From assembly GCA_902785485.1 (NCBI GenBank), contig CACZZA010000001.1, forward strand, positions 1 to 51,222: DNA of 51,222 bases, in the 5' to 3' direction. The stretch comes from an uncultured Ruminococcus sp. (GTDB lineage Bacteria; Bacillota; Clostridia; Oscillospirales; CAG-272). How positions within the stretch are numbered: position 1 is the first letter of the stretch; each line of letters begins with the position of its first letter. The translations under genes and the position numbers were made by a program. The notes below the pieces were generated by a model. It saw only the letters and a program-made list of their open reading frames with translations. It did not search any database and was not told where the DNA came from. Below are positions 17,941-27,921 of this stretch, piece after piece.

Positions 17941-17974
17941 GCGAGAGGACTTTTTTTCAAAAAAGTCCTCTCGC
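17941..17974. repeat. Perfect hairpin (REP-like/terminator downstream of MBL-rubredoxin gene)
   Basis: GCGAGAGGACTTTTTT-TC-AAAAAAGTCCTCTCGC. Confidence 0.6.
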
Positions 17975-17998
17975 AAAAATATCTCCGTTATTCTGTTT

Positions 17999-18955
17999 TC
18001 AAGCCTTGTTGAATTTCGTCTTGTCCTGCTTGCAGCGCGGGCAGCGCCAGTCGTCGGGAAGGTCCTCGAAGGCGGTGCCGGGAGCGACGCCGCGGTCGGG
18101 GTCGCCGAGGGCGGGATCGTAGACGTAGCCGCAGATACCGCAGATATATTTTCCGGTCGCGGTCTTATAGACGATCTCGCCTACGGGGATGCTTTCGGGC
18201 GGGGAGAGAAGGTCGACCACTTTGAGCGACTCGAGGTTTTCATATCCGAGCGGTGTATGTGTCGAAAGGTAGACCGTCGGGTGGTTCGAAATGAACTCGC
18301 GCACCGTATCGAGCGTTTTTCTTGCGGCGGAGGCGTCCTCGTAGACCACCGAGAGCTTGTTTGCGTAGAGCGCCTCGTCGGTGTAGGTTATATCGCCGTG
18401 GAACATCAGAAAGAGGCCGTCGTTTTCGGCGATGACGATGCTGTTGCCTTTGGTATGCCCTTTCGCCTCGATCAGACGGACTCCGTCCGCGACGATCTGC
18501 GAGGCGGGGAAGTTGTAGTAAGGTCCGTCGGAGTAGGTCGCGCGGACGATATTCTCACCTTTGAGACCGAGCGCGTCCGCGTCTTCGGGAGAAATGTATA
18601 TTTTAGCGTTCGGAAAGGAGCGCAGCTCTCCCGTGTGGTCGTCGTGCTTGTGCGTGACGAGGATCTTCGACACCTGCTCCGGCTTGTAACCCGCGTCCGC
18701 GAGCGCCGAAACGTAGTCCTTGACGCGGCTTCCCATATATATAACGGTATTTTCGTCCGGGACGGCGTCGGGAGCTTCGAGCGGCATACCGGTATCGACG
18801 AGGATGACCTCTTTCCCGGTGTCGATAAGGAAGTTCTGAAGGGACGAACGGTAGCGCACCTTCGGGTCGAACGCGCCGGGACCCTCCTCGCCGCCGAAGG
18901 CGAAGGGCTGGGTCATAAAGCCGTTCTCGTAGAGCTTGATGGCTTTGAATTTCAT
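17999..18955 (-). CDS. Metallo-beta-lactamase-fold hydrolase fused to C-terminal rubredoxin
   Basis: [25 protein letters not shown]; C-terminus [35 protein letters not shown]. Confidence 0.9.
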   Translation of the reverse strand: MKFKAIKLYENGFMTQPFAFGGEEGPGAFDPKVRYRSSLQNFLIDTGKEVILVDTGMPLEAPDAVPDENTVIYMGSRVKDYVSALADAGYKPEQVSKILVTHKHDDHTGELRSFPNAKIYISPEDADALGLKGENIVRATYSDGPYYNFPASQIVADGVRLIEAKGHTKGNSIVIAENDGLFLMFHGDITYTDEALYANKLSVVYEDASAARKTLDTVREFISNHPTVYLSTHTPLGYENLESLKVVDLLSPPESIPVGEIVYKTATGKYICGICGYVYDPALGDPDRGVAPGTAFEDLPDDWRCPRCKQDKTKFNKA

Positions 18956-18980
18956 ACGTTTTTCTCCTATATAATATATC

Positions 18981-19934
18981 TCAGTTTTTCGTGATAAGCT
19001 CGAGGTCTATCGTGAACATGGCGCTCGAGAACCTATTGGGGAGATCCCGCTCGGACGGGGATGTGATCTCACTTCCGTCCTTCATAACGAATGTGACAGA
19101 TTTGTCGGAGGCGCTTTTGAAGGCCATTTTTGGGAAGTATCTCCAAATGAGCATATATGAGTTTTTGACCCCGTCGAGGATCGTTTTCACCGTTTCCGCG
19201 GAGATCTCTTTTTTGCTTTCGTAGACCGTCGGATCGTCAAATTTTTGCTTTTTCTCGCTTATTCCCGTTCCGTCCGGGAGCAGGGTGAGCTTCGCGCTCG
19301 AAAAGCCTCCGTCTTTTCTCGTTTCGGTGAACGTCAGCGAAACGACGTCTTTGACGTCGGGAACGTCGACCTTTTCACCGGCGAGAGCGTTCTCAAAAAC
19401 TTCGATCACTTTGTGCGCGAACGGACGTTTGATTATCGGAGCCTGATTGTCGGAAAAGCCTATCCTCTCGCCGCTCGCGTATTCGATCCTGACTTCCCCT
19501 CCGAAGTTTTCCGGCAGACCGTGAGTCCTCGAGTGATAGCCGTTTTTCGCGGCGAGATCGTATTCCTTCACGATAGACACGAGACCGGGCATCACGTCGG
19601 CCTTGACGAACCCCGAAACGTCGCGGTTTGCCTCGGGCTTCCACTCGAAACCCTCGGTGTGGAGCCAGAGGAACGTTCCGGTCTCCGTTTTGACGGCAAA
19701 CGCCGATACGCGCATCAAGGGATCGCTCTCGTCGGACGTTCCGTGTACGTCGTATCCGAGCGCCGAGTCGACGTTGAACAAGGTCATCTCGTCCGAGGTA
19801 ATCGTCTTCGGAGCGCGGGTGTCGATAGAGGAGTCCGTGCCTCCGCACGCGAGGGGATCGCTTCGACTGATGATCCGGATCCCGTCGTCTTCGATGGCGG
19901 TGTCGTCTTTTTTCTTTTTGAAGAAGCTGAGCAT
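18981..19934 (-). CDS. Hypothetical protein
   Basis: 317 aa ORF with host-like codon usage, GGAGGA RBS before ATG 19934, co-oriented with MBL-rubredoxin gene. Confidence 0.7.
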   Translation of the reverse strand: MLSFFKKKKDDTAIEDDGIRIISRSDPLACGGTDSSIDTRAPKTITSDEMTLFNVDSALGYDVHGTSDESDPLMRVSAFAVKTETGTFLWLHTEGFEWKPEANRDVSGFVKADVMPGLVSIVKEYDLAAKNGYHSRTHGLPENFGGEVRIEYASGERIGFSDNQAPIIKRPFAHKVIEVFENALAGEKVDVPDVKDVVSLTFTETRKDGGFSSAKLTLLPDGTGISEKKQKFDDPTVYESKKEISAETVKTILDGVKNSYMLIWRYFPKMAFKSASDKSVTFVMKDGSEITSPSERDLPNRFSSAMFTIDLELITKN

Positions 19935-19986
19935 CGCTTGTTCCTCCGTGTTTCGCCGCGGTCCGCACATCTCTCCGACGGGCGAC

Positions 19987-20102
19987 CCTTCCGCGGCAAT
20001 TTGCGAAAAGGCGGAGCCTCCCGCTGTGTTTGTATTGCGGCGGAGCCTTCCGCGGCAATTTGTGAAAAGGGCGGAGCCTCCCGCTGTGTTTGTATTGCGG
20101 CG
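19987..20102. repeat. Tandem duplication of a ~59 bp unit with ~30 bp sub-periodicity
   Basis: CCTTCCGCGGCAATTTG(C/T)GAAAAGG(G)CGGAGCCTCCCGCTGTGTTTGTATTGCGGCG at 19987 and 20046. Confidence 0.85.
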
Positions 20103-20301
20103 TTTTGTATTTTTCTTATGTTATTATACAATATCCAAACTCGAAAATCAACCCCAACCACGGTCGCGATCATGGTCTTTTCCGTGCCCGACTCGCCCGA
20201 AAATGAAAACTTTTTGTGAATAAAACGAAAATAATACATTTCGTTTTTTGCCGATTTAACTGAAAAAATTGATTTTCCATAATGATCCTCAGGCTTTTTT
20301 G

Positions 20302-20330
20302 TTGACAAGCCTGTCCGCGCGTGCTATAAT
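20302..20330 (+). promoter_or_regulatory. Consensus sigma-A promoter of polysaccharide locus
   Basis: TTGACA-17 nt-TATAAT with TG extended -10. Confidence 0.85.
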
Positions 20331-20396
20331 GAATAGAGTTAATGTGAAAAAAATATCACTTATATATTTTAGAATAAGATTTTAGGAGTAATCGAT

Positions 20397-21698
20397 ATGT
20401 CTTTTAAAGCCGATCCGTCACTGAAACCTTTTGAAAAACACATTTATCTCAGCAGTCCGACTATGCACGGCGAGGAAGCCGAGTATATGATGGAGGCGTA
20501 TAACACCAACTGGATGAGTACGGTCGGAAAGAACATCAACGAGATCGAAGCGAGAATCGCGTCTCTCGCCGGAGTCAGATACGCCGTGGCGCTCAGCTGC
20601 GGGACTGCCGCTCTCCATCTCGCGACCAGACTCGCCGGAGAAAGGCTGTACGGACAGGCGCGTCCCAACGCGGGAACGCTCGCGGGTAAAACCGTGTTTG
20701 CAAGCGATGTAACGTTCGACGCGTCGATCAACCCTATCGCATACGAGGACGGCAACGCCGTTTTTATCGATACAGAGTACGACACCTGGAATATGGACCC
20801 CGCAGCGCTCGAAAAGGCGTTTGAACTTTATCCCGATACAAAGCTCGTGGTCGTAGCGCATCTTTACGGCACTCCCGGAAAGATGGACGAGATACGAAAG
20901 ATATGCGACGCGCACGGCGCGCTCATCGTTGAGGACGCGGCGGAAAGCTTCGGCGCGAAATACCTCTCGGACGGAGTCTGGAAGGAGACGGGCGCGCTCG
21001 GAGACTATAACTGTATCTCCTTCAACGGAAATAAGATCATCACCGGATCGAGCGGAGGAATGTTCCTTACCGACAGCAAGGAGGACGCCGACAAGGTCAA
21101 AAAATGGAGTACTCAATCGCGTGAGGACGCGCCGTGGTATCAGCACGAGGAAATAGGCTTCAACTATCGGATGAGCAACGTCATCGCCGGGGTCGTCCGC
21201 GGTCAGCTTCCTTATCTCGATACTCATATCGCGCAGAAAAAAGCGATCTACGAGCGCTACAAGGAAGGCTTCAAGGACCTTCCGGTAAAGATGAATCCTT
21301 ACGACGAAACAAAGTCCGTACCGAACTTCTGGCTGAGTTGTATGATAATTGATCCCGAGGCGATGTGTCCTCAGGTCAGGGACGACTCGAAGGCGCTCTA
21401 TACTCCCGAAAGCGGGAAAAGCTGTCCGACAGAGATATTGCAGACTCTTTCGGCTTACAACGCCGAAGGACGCCCGATCTGGAAGCCGATGCACCTTCAG
21501 CCGATCTACCGCGCGCATCCGTTCGTCACAACGAACGGCAACGGCAGAGCCCGGAGCAACGCCTACATTCAGGAGACCGGTATGCGAGACGTCGGAGCCG
21601 ATATCTTCTCCCGCGGTCTCTGCCTGCCCTCGGACAACAAAATGACGCCCGAACAGCAGGACGTTATAATAGAATTGATCAAGGATTGTTTCAAATAA
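20397..21698 (+). CDS. DegT/DnrJ/EryC1/StrS sugar aminotransferase (UDP-4-keto-6-deoxy-HexNAc type)
   Basis: LSSPTMHG, SCGTAALHLA, EDAAESFG, SFNGNKIITGSSGG, GFNYRMSN, RPIWKPMHLQP, GLCLPS. Confidence 0.92.
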   Translation: MSFKADPSLKPFEKHIYLSSPTMHGEEAEYMMEAYNTNWMSTVGKNINEIEARIASLAGVRYAVALSCGTAALHLATRLAGERLYGQARPNAGTLAGKTVFASDVTFDASINPIAYEDGNAVFIDTEYDTWNMDPAALEKAFELYPDTKLVVVAHLYGTPGKMDEIRKICDAHGALIVEDAAESFGAKYLSDGVWKETGALGDYNCISFNGNKIITGSSGGMFLTDSKEDADKVKKWSTQSREDAPWYQHEEIGFNYRMSNVIAGVVRGQLPYLDTHIAQKKAIYERYKEGFKDLPVKMNPYDETKSVPNFWLSCMIIDPEAMCPQVRDDSKALYTPESGKSCPTEILQTLSAYNAEGRPIWKPMHLQPIYRAHPFVTTNGNGRARSNAYIQETGMRDVGADIFSRGLCLPSDNKMTPEQQDVIIELIKDCFK

Positions 21699-21699
21699 G

Positions 21700-22440
21700 A
21701 TGACAACTGAAAGAAAACGTTCGTTCTACGAGAGGTTCGTGAAAAGAACGTTGGATATAATATGCGCTCTTCTCGCTTTGATCGTGTTCGGATGGCTGTA
21801 CATACTCATCGCGGTCATCGTGTTCATAAAAATGGGAAGACCGGTGTTGTTCAAGCAGCCGCGTCCGGGTCTCATAGATCCCAAGACCGGAAAAGAACGG
21901 ATATTTTACATGTATAAATTCCGCACCATGACCGACGAACGGGACGAGAACGGAGAACTCCTCCCCGATGAGGTGAGGCTCGGAAAATTCGGAAAAGCTT
22001 TACGGGCGACCAGCCTGGACGAGCTTCCCGAAGCATTCAATATTCTGAAAGGCGATATGAGCATAATCGGACCTCGTCCGCAGCTCGTCCGCGATATGGT
22101 CTTCATGACGCCCGAGATACGTATGCGACATACGGCGAAGCCGGGACTTTCGGGACTGGCTCAGGTGATGGGACGCAACGCGATCAGCTGGGAAGATAAA
22201 TTCAAATGGGACCTTAAATACATCGAACGCGTTTCTTTTGCGAGCGATTTCAAAATAGTGTTCAACACCGTTAAAAAAGTGTTCGTTAGGTCGGATATGA
22301 CCGAATCCGACGAAGAGACCGACGTCACGCTCGATTACGGCGACGCTTTGCTCGCGGAGGGAAAAATAAACGCTGAAGAATATCGGGCGGGACTCACGGA
22401 AGCAAAAAGGTTGCTTGCGGGAAAAGTGGCTGAAAAATGA
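21700..22440 (+). CDS. Priming phosphoglycosyl transferase (bacterial sugar transferase, PglC-like)
   Basis: KRTLDI, FKQPRPG, YKFRTM, LRATSLDELP, GDMSIIGPRP, PGLSGLAQV. Confidence 0.92.
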   Translation: MTTERKRSFYERFVKRTLDIICALLALIVFGWLYILIAVIVFIKMGRPVLFKQPRPGLIDPKTGKERIFYMYKFRTMTDERDENGELLPDEVRLGKFGKALRATSLDELPEAFNILKGDMSIIGPRPQLVRDMVFMTPEIRMRHTAKPGLSGLAQVMGRNAISWEDKFKWDLKYIERVSFASDFKIVFNTVKKVFVRSDMTESDEETDVTLDYGDALLAEGKINAEEYRAGLTEAKRLLAGKVAEK

Positions 22441-22458
22441 TCTACGGCGGTATTATAT

Positions 22459-23358
22459 ATGGAGCGTAAAATTGATTTCAAAACGATACGGCTCGGCGAA
22501 AACACCGGACATGGAAATGCGCGCAGAACTTCGCTTGCAAATTGCTCGTATTCTTTAGTGGCTTTGATGGACGCTGACGATATATGCGAAAAAAACCGCT
22601 TTGAGCTTCAGCTGAAAGCATTTGCTTCTGACAACTCGCTTAGTATCGTAGGGGGACAGATCACCGAGTTTATCGGCGATCCTGCTAATATCACCGGTGT
22701 TAGGCGTGTCCCCGAAAAGAACGGTGAGATACTGGAATATATGAAGAAAAGATGCCCCATGAATCAGGTATCGGTAATGTTCAGGAAGGAAGAGGTAGAA
22801 AAAGCTGGCGGATACATTGACTGGTACTGTGAAGAAGACTATTATCTTTGGATAAGAATGGCTGAGACAAGGTGTGTTTTTTCAAACCTTCCCGAAATCC
22901 TTGTCAACGTCCGTACAGGAAAAGAAATGGCTTCGCGCAGAGGGGGCTGGAAGTATTTTTGCAGCGAGAGGAAGCTCCAGCGGTATATGCTGAAAAAAAA
23001 GATCATCGGATTTTGGCGTTACCTGTATAACGTCGCGGTGAGGTTCGGCGGCGAGATCGTTGCTCCGGACAGCCTGCGCCAAAAACTTTTTTCCTTGTTG
23101 AGGTCGAAACCCGCGAACATTTCTTTATCAAATGATACCTCTCCGATTGTTTCCAAAAAAAAAGAAAATGATCTTCCGGCCTTTTCAGTGTCGATGTGTG
23201 TTTATTCCGGAGACAATCCGGAGTGGTTTGATACCGCACTTCTGAGCGTTGTAGAACAGACTGTATTACCTGATGAAATTGTTTTAGTCATTGACGGTCC
23301 GATCGGCGAAGGACTTGAATCAGTCATAGAAAAGTACCGTGATCTGTGCGGAGGATGA
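22459..23358 (+). CDS. GT2 glycosyltransferase (AmsE-like), apparently circularly permuted
   Basis: ENTGHGNAR, LMDADD, EDYYLWIR, RRGGWKY; the canonical N-terminal block FSVSMCVY...QTVLPDEIVLVIDGP is at the C-terminus. Confidence 0.85.
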   Translation: MERKIDFKTIRLGENTGHGNARRTSLANCSYSLVALMDADDICEKNRFELQLKAFASDNSLSIVGGQITEFIGDPANITGVRRVPEKNGEILEYMKKRCPMNQVSVMFRKEEVEKAGGYIDWYCEEDYYLWIRMAETRCVFSNLPEILVNVRTGKEMASRRGGWKYFCSERKLQRYMLKKKIIGFWRYLYNVAVRFGGEIVAPDSLRQKLFSLLRSKPANISLSNDTSPIVSKKKENDLPAFSVSMCVYSGDNPEWFDTALLSVVEQTVLPDEIVLVIDGPIGEGLESVIEKYRDLCGG

Positions 23359-23390
23359 TCCGTACAGATATGTTTGAGGAGATTTTGACG

Positions 23391-24206
23391 ATGCGAAAAA
23401 TTGAACTTGATGAACTGAAAAGAATTGAGTTTGAGTTGCTTTGCCGTCTTGACGAAGTGTGTAAAAAGAACGCCATAAAATACTCGCTTGCATACGGCAC
23501 GTTGCTCGGAGCTGTCAGGCACAAGGGATTTATTCCCTGGGATGACGACGTGGACGTTTTTATGATGCGAAATGATTACGAGCATTTTCTCAGGGTATGT
23601 TCAGAAGATGATGTTCCTTTCAAGCTTGTGTCACACGGTACCTGCGAATGGTATAATTACCCGTTTTCGAAAATATACGACGATGAAACGGTGCTTAAGG
23701 AAAAAAATACATATTTCGACGGCAAGCTCGGAGTTTTTATCGATATTTTTCCGATAGATCCTTTGGGAAAAACAGAAAAAGAAGCGGAAAAAAACTACAA
23801 AAAAACCGCTTTTGTAAGAGAACTCATAACCGCTTCTAACTGGAAAAGATTTTTCAGAAGCAAAACCCGCTCTGTACTTATAGAGCCGGTCAGACTGTTC
23901 TTCTATCTCGCTTCAAGACTGACCGATCCGAAAAAGCTGCTGCGCAAGCTCGAAAAACCTTTTTTGGAGATTGAAGAGAGCGAGGCGAAGTTTTTCGGGA
24001 GCATTTACAGTCCATACAGGATAAAAGAGATCGCGCCGTCGGAAATATACGAGTGGTCATCAAAAGTCGAATTCGAGGGCAGGACTTTTTGTTCGATCAA
24101 AAATCCCGAAGCGTATCTGACAAAGTTTTACGGTGATTATATGAAGCTTCCGCCTGAAGAAAAAAGGGTGTCTCACCATCTTTTTGAGGCTTGGAGCAAT
24201 AAATGA
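23391..24206 (+). CDS. licD: LicD family phosphotransferase
   Basis: YGTLLGAVRHKGFIPWDDDVD, IDIFPID, YGDYMKLPP; ATG 23391 after GAGGAG. Confidence 0.92.
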   Translation: MRKIELDELKRIEFELLCRLDEVCKKNAIKYSLAYGTLLGAVRHKGFIPWDDDVDVFMMRNDYEHFLRVCSEDDVPFKLVSHGTCEWYNYPFSKIYDDETVLKEKNTYFDGKLGVFIDIFPIDPLGKTEKEAEKNYKKTAFVRELITASNWKRFFRSKTRSVLIEPVRLFFYLASRLTDPKKLLRKLEKPFLEIEESEAKFFGSIYSPYRIKEIAPSEIYEWSSKVEFEGRTFCSIKNPEAYLTKFYGDYMKLPPEEKRVSHHLFEAWSNK

Positions 24207-24230
24207 TTCAGTTTTTTTGCAGAGGTTAGC

Positions 24231-25517
24231 ATGGTGTTCGACAACGACAGACTTAGGGTACTGGTGATCAGCCACAACGTCTTTTCAGACAATACAAGTA
24301 TGGGCAAGACTTTATCATCGTATTTTTGCGGTTTTGACCCGGACAATGTTGCCCAGTTGTTTTTTCATTCGGAGACGCCCTCTTCCGGGGTTTGCGATCT
24401 GTATTACCGTATTACCGATAAAGAAATGATAAAGTCGGTATTTTTCCGAAAAAGCGGCACGGTCGTCTCCTCAGTCAAAGACGCTGCACCCCTCCGGTCT
24501 CCCCGCAAAGAAAACGGAGTAGAGTCTTCTCTGTACCAGAAGGGGAGAAGACGCACCCCAATGATATATTTCCTCAGAAATCTCTGGTGGAAGCTCGGAA
24601 AATGGAATACGAAGGCGCTTCGGAACTGGATAGACGATTTTTCTCCGGACTGCGTGTTTTTGGCGTCGGGCGACTACTCGTTCGCTTATGATATTGCCCT
24701 GTTTATTGCAAAAAAGCGCGGTATTCCGCTCTATATCTCGTGCATGGACGATTATTATTTCAACAATAAGAATTCCGACTCCGTATTCGGCAGGATTGTC
24801 CATAAGTCATTCATGAAGCACGTCGGAAAAGCGGTTGATTACTCAAACGCCATATTCTGTATCTGCGACAAGATGTCGCGCGATTATTCAGCGTTTTTCA
24901 ATAAAAAATGTGTGACGCTCCATACCTCCGCATCCTTTGACGGAAAGCTTTCCGAGCCTAAGGAACGCTGCATCTCTTATCTCGGGAACCTCGGGCTCGG
25001 CAGAGCGGACAGGCTCGTCGAGATAGGAAGGGCTCTTAAAGCGTTGAACGCGGATATTGACCATATCGACGTGTATTCGTCTGAAACGAGAGAGAGCATA
25101 CTGTCGAAGCTGACTCCTGAAAACGGGATAGTTTTTCACGGAAAGATCGGAGCCGACGAAGTAAAAAGAGTTATCGGAAAGAGTCTCGCAGTTATCCACA
25201 CCGAATCGTTCGGAGAAAAAAGCGAGAATAAAGTGAAGTATTCCGTTTCGACGAAGATAGCCGACTCGCTTATGAGCGGTACCTGCATATTCGCTTACGG
25301 TCCAAGCGACGTCGCGTCAATCGAGTATCTTGAACAGAACGGCGCGGCCCTTTGCGTCACGTCTCCCGAAAAGCTTTCGGAAGGACTTAAAACTCTTTTG
25401 ACCGATTCTTTCACAGTTGATAATATCTTGGTCCGGTCTGTCGAGCTTGCAAAAAAAAACCATACGAAAATGAACAGTTTTAATGTGATCAAATCCGAAC
25501 TGGCTTTTCTCGCGTAG
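24231..25517 (+). CDS. Putative GT-B fold glycosyltransferase
   Basis: Position in polysaccharide operon; YLGNLGLGR, HTESF, YSVSTKIADSLMSG resembling a GT4-like C-terminal domain. Confidence 0.65.
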   Translation: MVFDNDRLRVLVISHNVFSDNTSMGKTLSSYFCGFDPDNVAQLFFHSETPSSGVCDLYYRITDKEMIKSVFFRKSGTVVSSVKDAAPLRSPRKENGVESSLYQKGRRRTPMIYFLRNLWWKLGKWNTKALRNWIDDFSPDCVFLASGDYSFAYDIALFIAKKRGIPLYISCMDDYYFNNKNSDSVFGRIVHKSFMKHVGKAVDYSNAIFCICDKMSRDYSAFFNKKCVTLHTSASFDGKLSEPKERCISYLGNLGLGRADRLVEIGRALKALNADIDHIDVYSSETRESILSKLTPENGIVFHGKIGADEVKRVIGKSLAVIHTESFGEKSENKVKYSVSTKIADSLMSGTCIFAYGPSDVASIEYLEQNGAALCVTSPEKLSEGLKTLLTDSFTVDNILVRSVELAKKNHTKMNSFNVIKSELAFLA

Positions 25518-25568
25518 TAAGATTGCTATTCTTTTATTATTTGTTGTGAGAGTTGAATTGAGAACTGA

Positions 25569-26807
25569 ATGAAAATGAAAATTTGTCAAATAAACTGTGT
25601 TTACGGTTCAGGAAGTACTGGTTCTATCGTTGAAGAGATTCATACGGAATTGATAAAAAGAAATATCAAATCTATTGTGATAGTTCCAAAAACAAAATCT
25701 AAAGATAAAGGCGTATACACTGTATCAAACCGATTACTCAATGACCTCAGTGCGTTTTATCGACGATTTTTCGGACGCCAGTTCGACGGAGCTTTTGTTC
25801 AGACGAACCGTATTTTGAATATTTTAAAAAAAGAAAAACCGGATTTAGTCCATCTTCATTGTATTAATGGCAATGATATAAATGTTTACAGGCTGATGAA
25901 CTATCTCAGCAGCAATAAAATAAAAACGGTTTTGACTCTTCACGCCGAATTCCCGTATACAGGAGGGTGCGCTCACGCCTATAGTTGTCAAAAATGGCTG
26001 GATGGTTGCGGTGATTGCTATCGATTTAAGAAAGCGACTAATTCATGGATTTTCGATCGCACAGCACGCACGTGGAAAAAACAAAAAGATTGTTTCGGAA
26101 AATTCGATGACAATAAACTCGTAATAGTTTCTGTTTCTCCATGGTTGAATTCCAGAGCAGGAATATCTCCAATGCTGACGAAATTTAAAAAGATAGTTAT
26201 CTTAAACGGATGCGATACATCGATATTTTATCCGAGAAAAACTAATAACTGGAGAGAAAAATTAAATATTTCTCCAGATAAGATTATTGTTGCTCATATT
26301 ACAGCGTCATTTAATCCGGATTCAAACGACTCCAAGGGAGGACGTTTCATATACCAACTTGCCGAGCAGTGCAAAAATGATAATATTGTTTTTGTTGTTG
26401 CGGCTAACTCAGGTAAAGTGGATACTCCGCCAGATAATTTGCTGTATGTGGGTAGAGCCCCGTCTGCAGAAAGTCTTGCTGAATTGTACTCAGAAGCTTC
26501 TTGCACTGTAGTGACCAGTAAACGCGAAACATTCAGTATGGTCCTAGCTGAAAGTATATGCTGCGGGACGCCTGTTGTGGCATTTAAGGCAGGAGGACCT
26601 GAAAGTATTTCAGTACAGGACTTTACTGATTTTGCAGAATACGGAGACATTGAGGAACTGTATAAAAAACTTATGATGATGGTGGAAGAACATCATAATC
26701 GGCAAAAAATAGAAGAATCCGGGAAGAATAAATATGATAAATCTCGTATGGTTTCTGAATATATCAATGAGTATTTTGAGTTATTCAACTGTGCTGACAA
26801 GTCTTGA
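25569..26807 (+). CDS. GT4 glycosyltransferase (WcaC-like)
   Basis: QINCVYGSGSTG, PDLVHLH, LTLH...TGGCAH, ETFSMVLAESICCGTPVV. Confidence 0.88.
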   Translation: MKMKICQINCVYGSGSTGSIVEEIHTELIKRNIKSIVIVPKTKSKDKGVYTVSNRLLNDLSAFYRRFFGRQFDGAFVQTNRILNILKKEKPDLVHLHCINGNDINVYRLMNYLSSNKIKTVLTLHAEFPYTGGCAHAYSCQKWLDGCGDCYRFKKATNSWIFDRTARTWKKQKDCFGKFDDNKLVIVSVSPWLNSRAGISPMLTKFKKIVILNGCDTSIFYPRKTNNWREKLNISPDKIIVAHITASFNPDSNDSKGGRFIYQLAEQCKNDNIVFVVAANSGKVDTPPDNLLYVGRAPSAESLAELYSEASCTVVTSKRETFSMVLAESICCGTPVVAFKAGGPESISVQDFTDFAEYGDIEELYKKLMMMVEEHHNRQKIEESGKNKYDKSRMVSEYINEYFELFNCADKS

Positions 26808-26835
26808 AATATGAAAAAAAGTGGGGATTTCTTTA

Positions 26836-27921
26836 ATGAGTATCGAAATTGACAGACCTGTAAGTGTTGGTATTGCCACATTTACTGATGCTTTGAATTA
26901 TGGGGCTTTGCTTCAATCCTACGCTTTGGGAAGTTTTTTATCATCATTGGGCTATCAAGTATTCTACGTTAACAGAAATAATGAAGGGAAAGTAAGAAAC
27001 AATAAAAAAAATATTATCAAACGATTGTTTTATGCCCTGATTGTAGAAAAAAGAAAATCAGAGAAAAATGATCAATTTGAAAGATTCAAATCTGAGAATT
27101 ATTCATTTGTGAAAAGTGCTAACGAAGTTGATATTTTGGTATGCGGAAGCGATCAGATTTGGAATCCGGAGATAACTAAAGGTTTCGATCAGTTATTTTT
27201 TGGAGGGGCATGCAACTTTTCTGTAGCTTACGCAGCAAGCTGTGGTGATTTGTCTGTGCTTATGAACAAGACAGATGAGTTTTTTTTAAAACTTTCAAAC
27301 TTTGATTCAGTTTCCAGCCGCGAGGAAGATCTTTCGCGGTTTATCACAGTTAATACAGGACTGGACTGTCCAGTTGTTTGCGATCCGGTATTTTTGCCAG
27401 ACTTGAGTGTTTACAAAGAAATCGAAAAAGAAAGCCTTGAAGAAAAAAGATATCTTTTGATTTATCAGATGAATAAAGATAAGTTTCTTTACAAGCTTGC
27501 AAAGTATATTTCTTCAAAGTTTCATCTCGATATCGTAGAGATAAATAATGATCTATACGACTGCAGGCTGATTAAAAGCAATTGTTATTATTCTGTTTCT
27601 CTTGAAACCTTTTTATCGCTTATTGACCATTCTTCGTTCGTTATAACCAACTCCTTCCATGGAACGGCATTATCTATTTTATATAAAAAGCCTTTTTTCA
27701 GTGTTAAGAGCAACAAGAGAAATTCGAGAATATCAAGTCTGTGCAACTCCCTTGGACTCGGCGACAGATTTATCGATAGCGGAATAAAGCTCAGTTCGTT
27801 GGATCTGTCGGCAATCGACTATGGAGAAGTTTCAAAAAAAGTCGAATTATTTTCCGATAGTTCAAAACAATATTTGAAAGAAACATTATTAAAGATATCG
27901 GAGAAGATAAATGTCAAATAG
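26836..27921 (+). CDS. Polysaccharide pyruvyl transferase family protein
   Basis: NYGALLQSYAL, CGSDQIWNP, YAAS, SSRE, CDPVFL, TNSFHGTALS. Confidence 0.88.
   Translation: MSIEIDRPVSVGIATFTDALNYGALLQSYALGSFLSSLGYQVFYVNRNNEGKVRNNKKNIIKRLFYALIVEKRKSEKNDQFERFKSENYSFVKSANEVDILVCGSDQIWNPEITKGFDQLFFGGACNFSVAYAASCGDLSVLMNKTDEFFLKLSNFDSVSSREEDLSRFITVNTGLDCPVVCDPVFLPDLSVYKEIEKESLEEKRYLLIYQMNKDKFLYKLAKYISSKFHLDIVEINNDLYDCRLIKSNCYYSVSLETFLSLIDHSSFVITNSFHGTALSILYKKPFFSVKSNKRNSRISSLCNSLGLGDRFIDSGIKLSSLDLSAIDYGEVSKKVELFSDSSKQYLKETLLKISEKINVK

Noticed and set aside
19981-20102. Possible mini-CRISPR array
   Set aside because: Repeats (15 nt) and spacers (14-16 nt) are too short, spacers are themselves duplicated, and there are no cas genes in the window.
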